Source: Fimbriosthenelais zetlandica (lineage: Eukaryota). Taken from it: 64,000 bases of DNA. The translations under genes and the position numbers were made by a program. Of the stretch, positions 63,908 through 64,000 are shown in pieces (the first letter of the stretch is position 1; every line of letters starts with the position of its first letter). Below the pieces are notes generated by a model. That model was not told the origin of the DNA. It saw nothing but the letters and a program-made list of their open reading frames with translations, and made no database searches. The stretch is from positions 14,508,001-14,572,000 of the forward strand of contig OZ365116.1 in NCBI GenBank assembly GCA_977030845.1. Direction: 5' to 3'.

Positions 63908-64000
63908 CTGAAGATAATAAGATTTAAAAAAAGATTAGCATGGTGTATTTTCCAGTGTATTGAGCCTAGACAACCTAAATATAATTAAATAAACTGGTGT

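Noticed and set aside
63339-64000. Intronic H/ACA snoRNAs (DKC1 orthologues host them in human and fly)
   Set aside because: Partial hints exist (an AGAATG/TATTCT stem followed by AGACAA in intron 63797-63593; a CCAGT/ACTGG stem then ACA near 63955 in the truncated upstream intron), but no complete hairpin-H-hairpin-ACA structure. snoReport or an Rfam scan including sequence beyond 64000 would be decisive.

Overview
Eukaryotic genomic DNA from an AT-rich bilaterian invertebrate. A lophotrochozoan is plausible but the species cannot be identified from this window. Four protein-coding genes are supported. (1) A two-exon FMRFamide-receptor-like class A GPCR on the minus strand (12403-12201 and 11983-10927, 419 aa). 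(2) A divergently oriented paralogue with one coding exon (53233-54417, 394 aa). (3) A four-exon transgelin/Mp20/myophilin-like calponin-family gene (57085-61129, 203 aa). (4) The last four exons of dyskerin DKC1 on the minus strand (63907-62977), which ends tail-to-tail with the transgelin-like gene at back-to-back poly(A) signals. The first 9 kb is repeat-rich: a 398-bp satellite with dimeric higher-order structure, a tRNA-derived SINE, a 1166-bp non-autonomous DNA transposon with perfect 33-bp TIRs and a 5-bp TSD, MITEs, CTCF-type motifs in divergent orientation, and two promoter-like modules with no obvious gene. The ~41 kb between the GPCRs has no recognisable coding gene, only MITEs, hairpins, a minisatellite and candidate non-coding exons. 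Most short ORFs in the supplied track look spurious. All calls are by eye; no database search was run.
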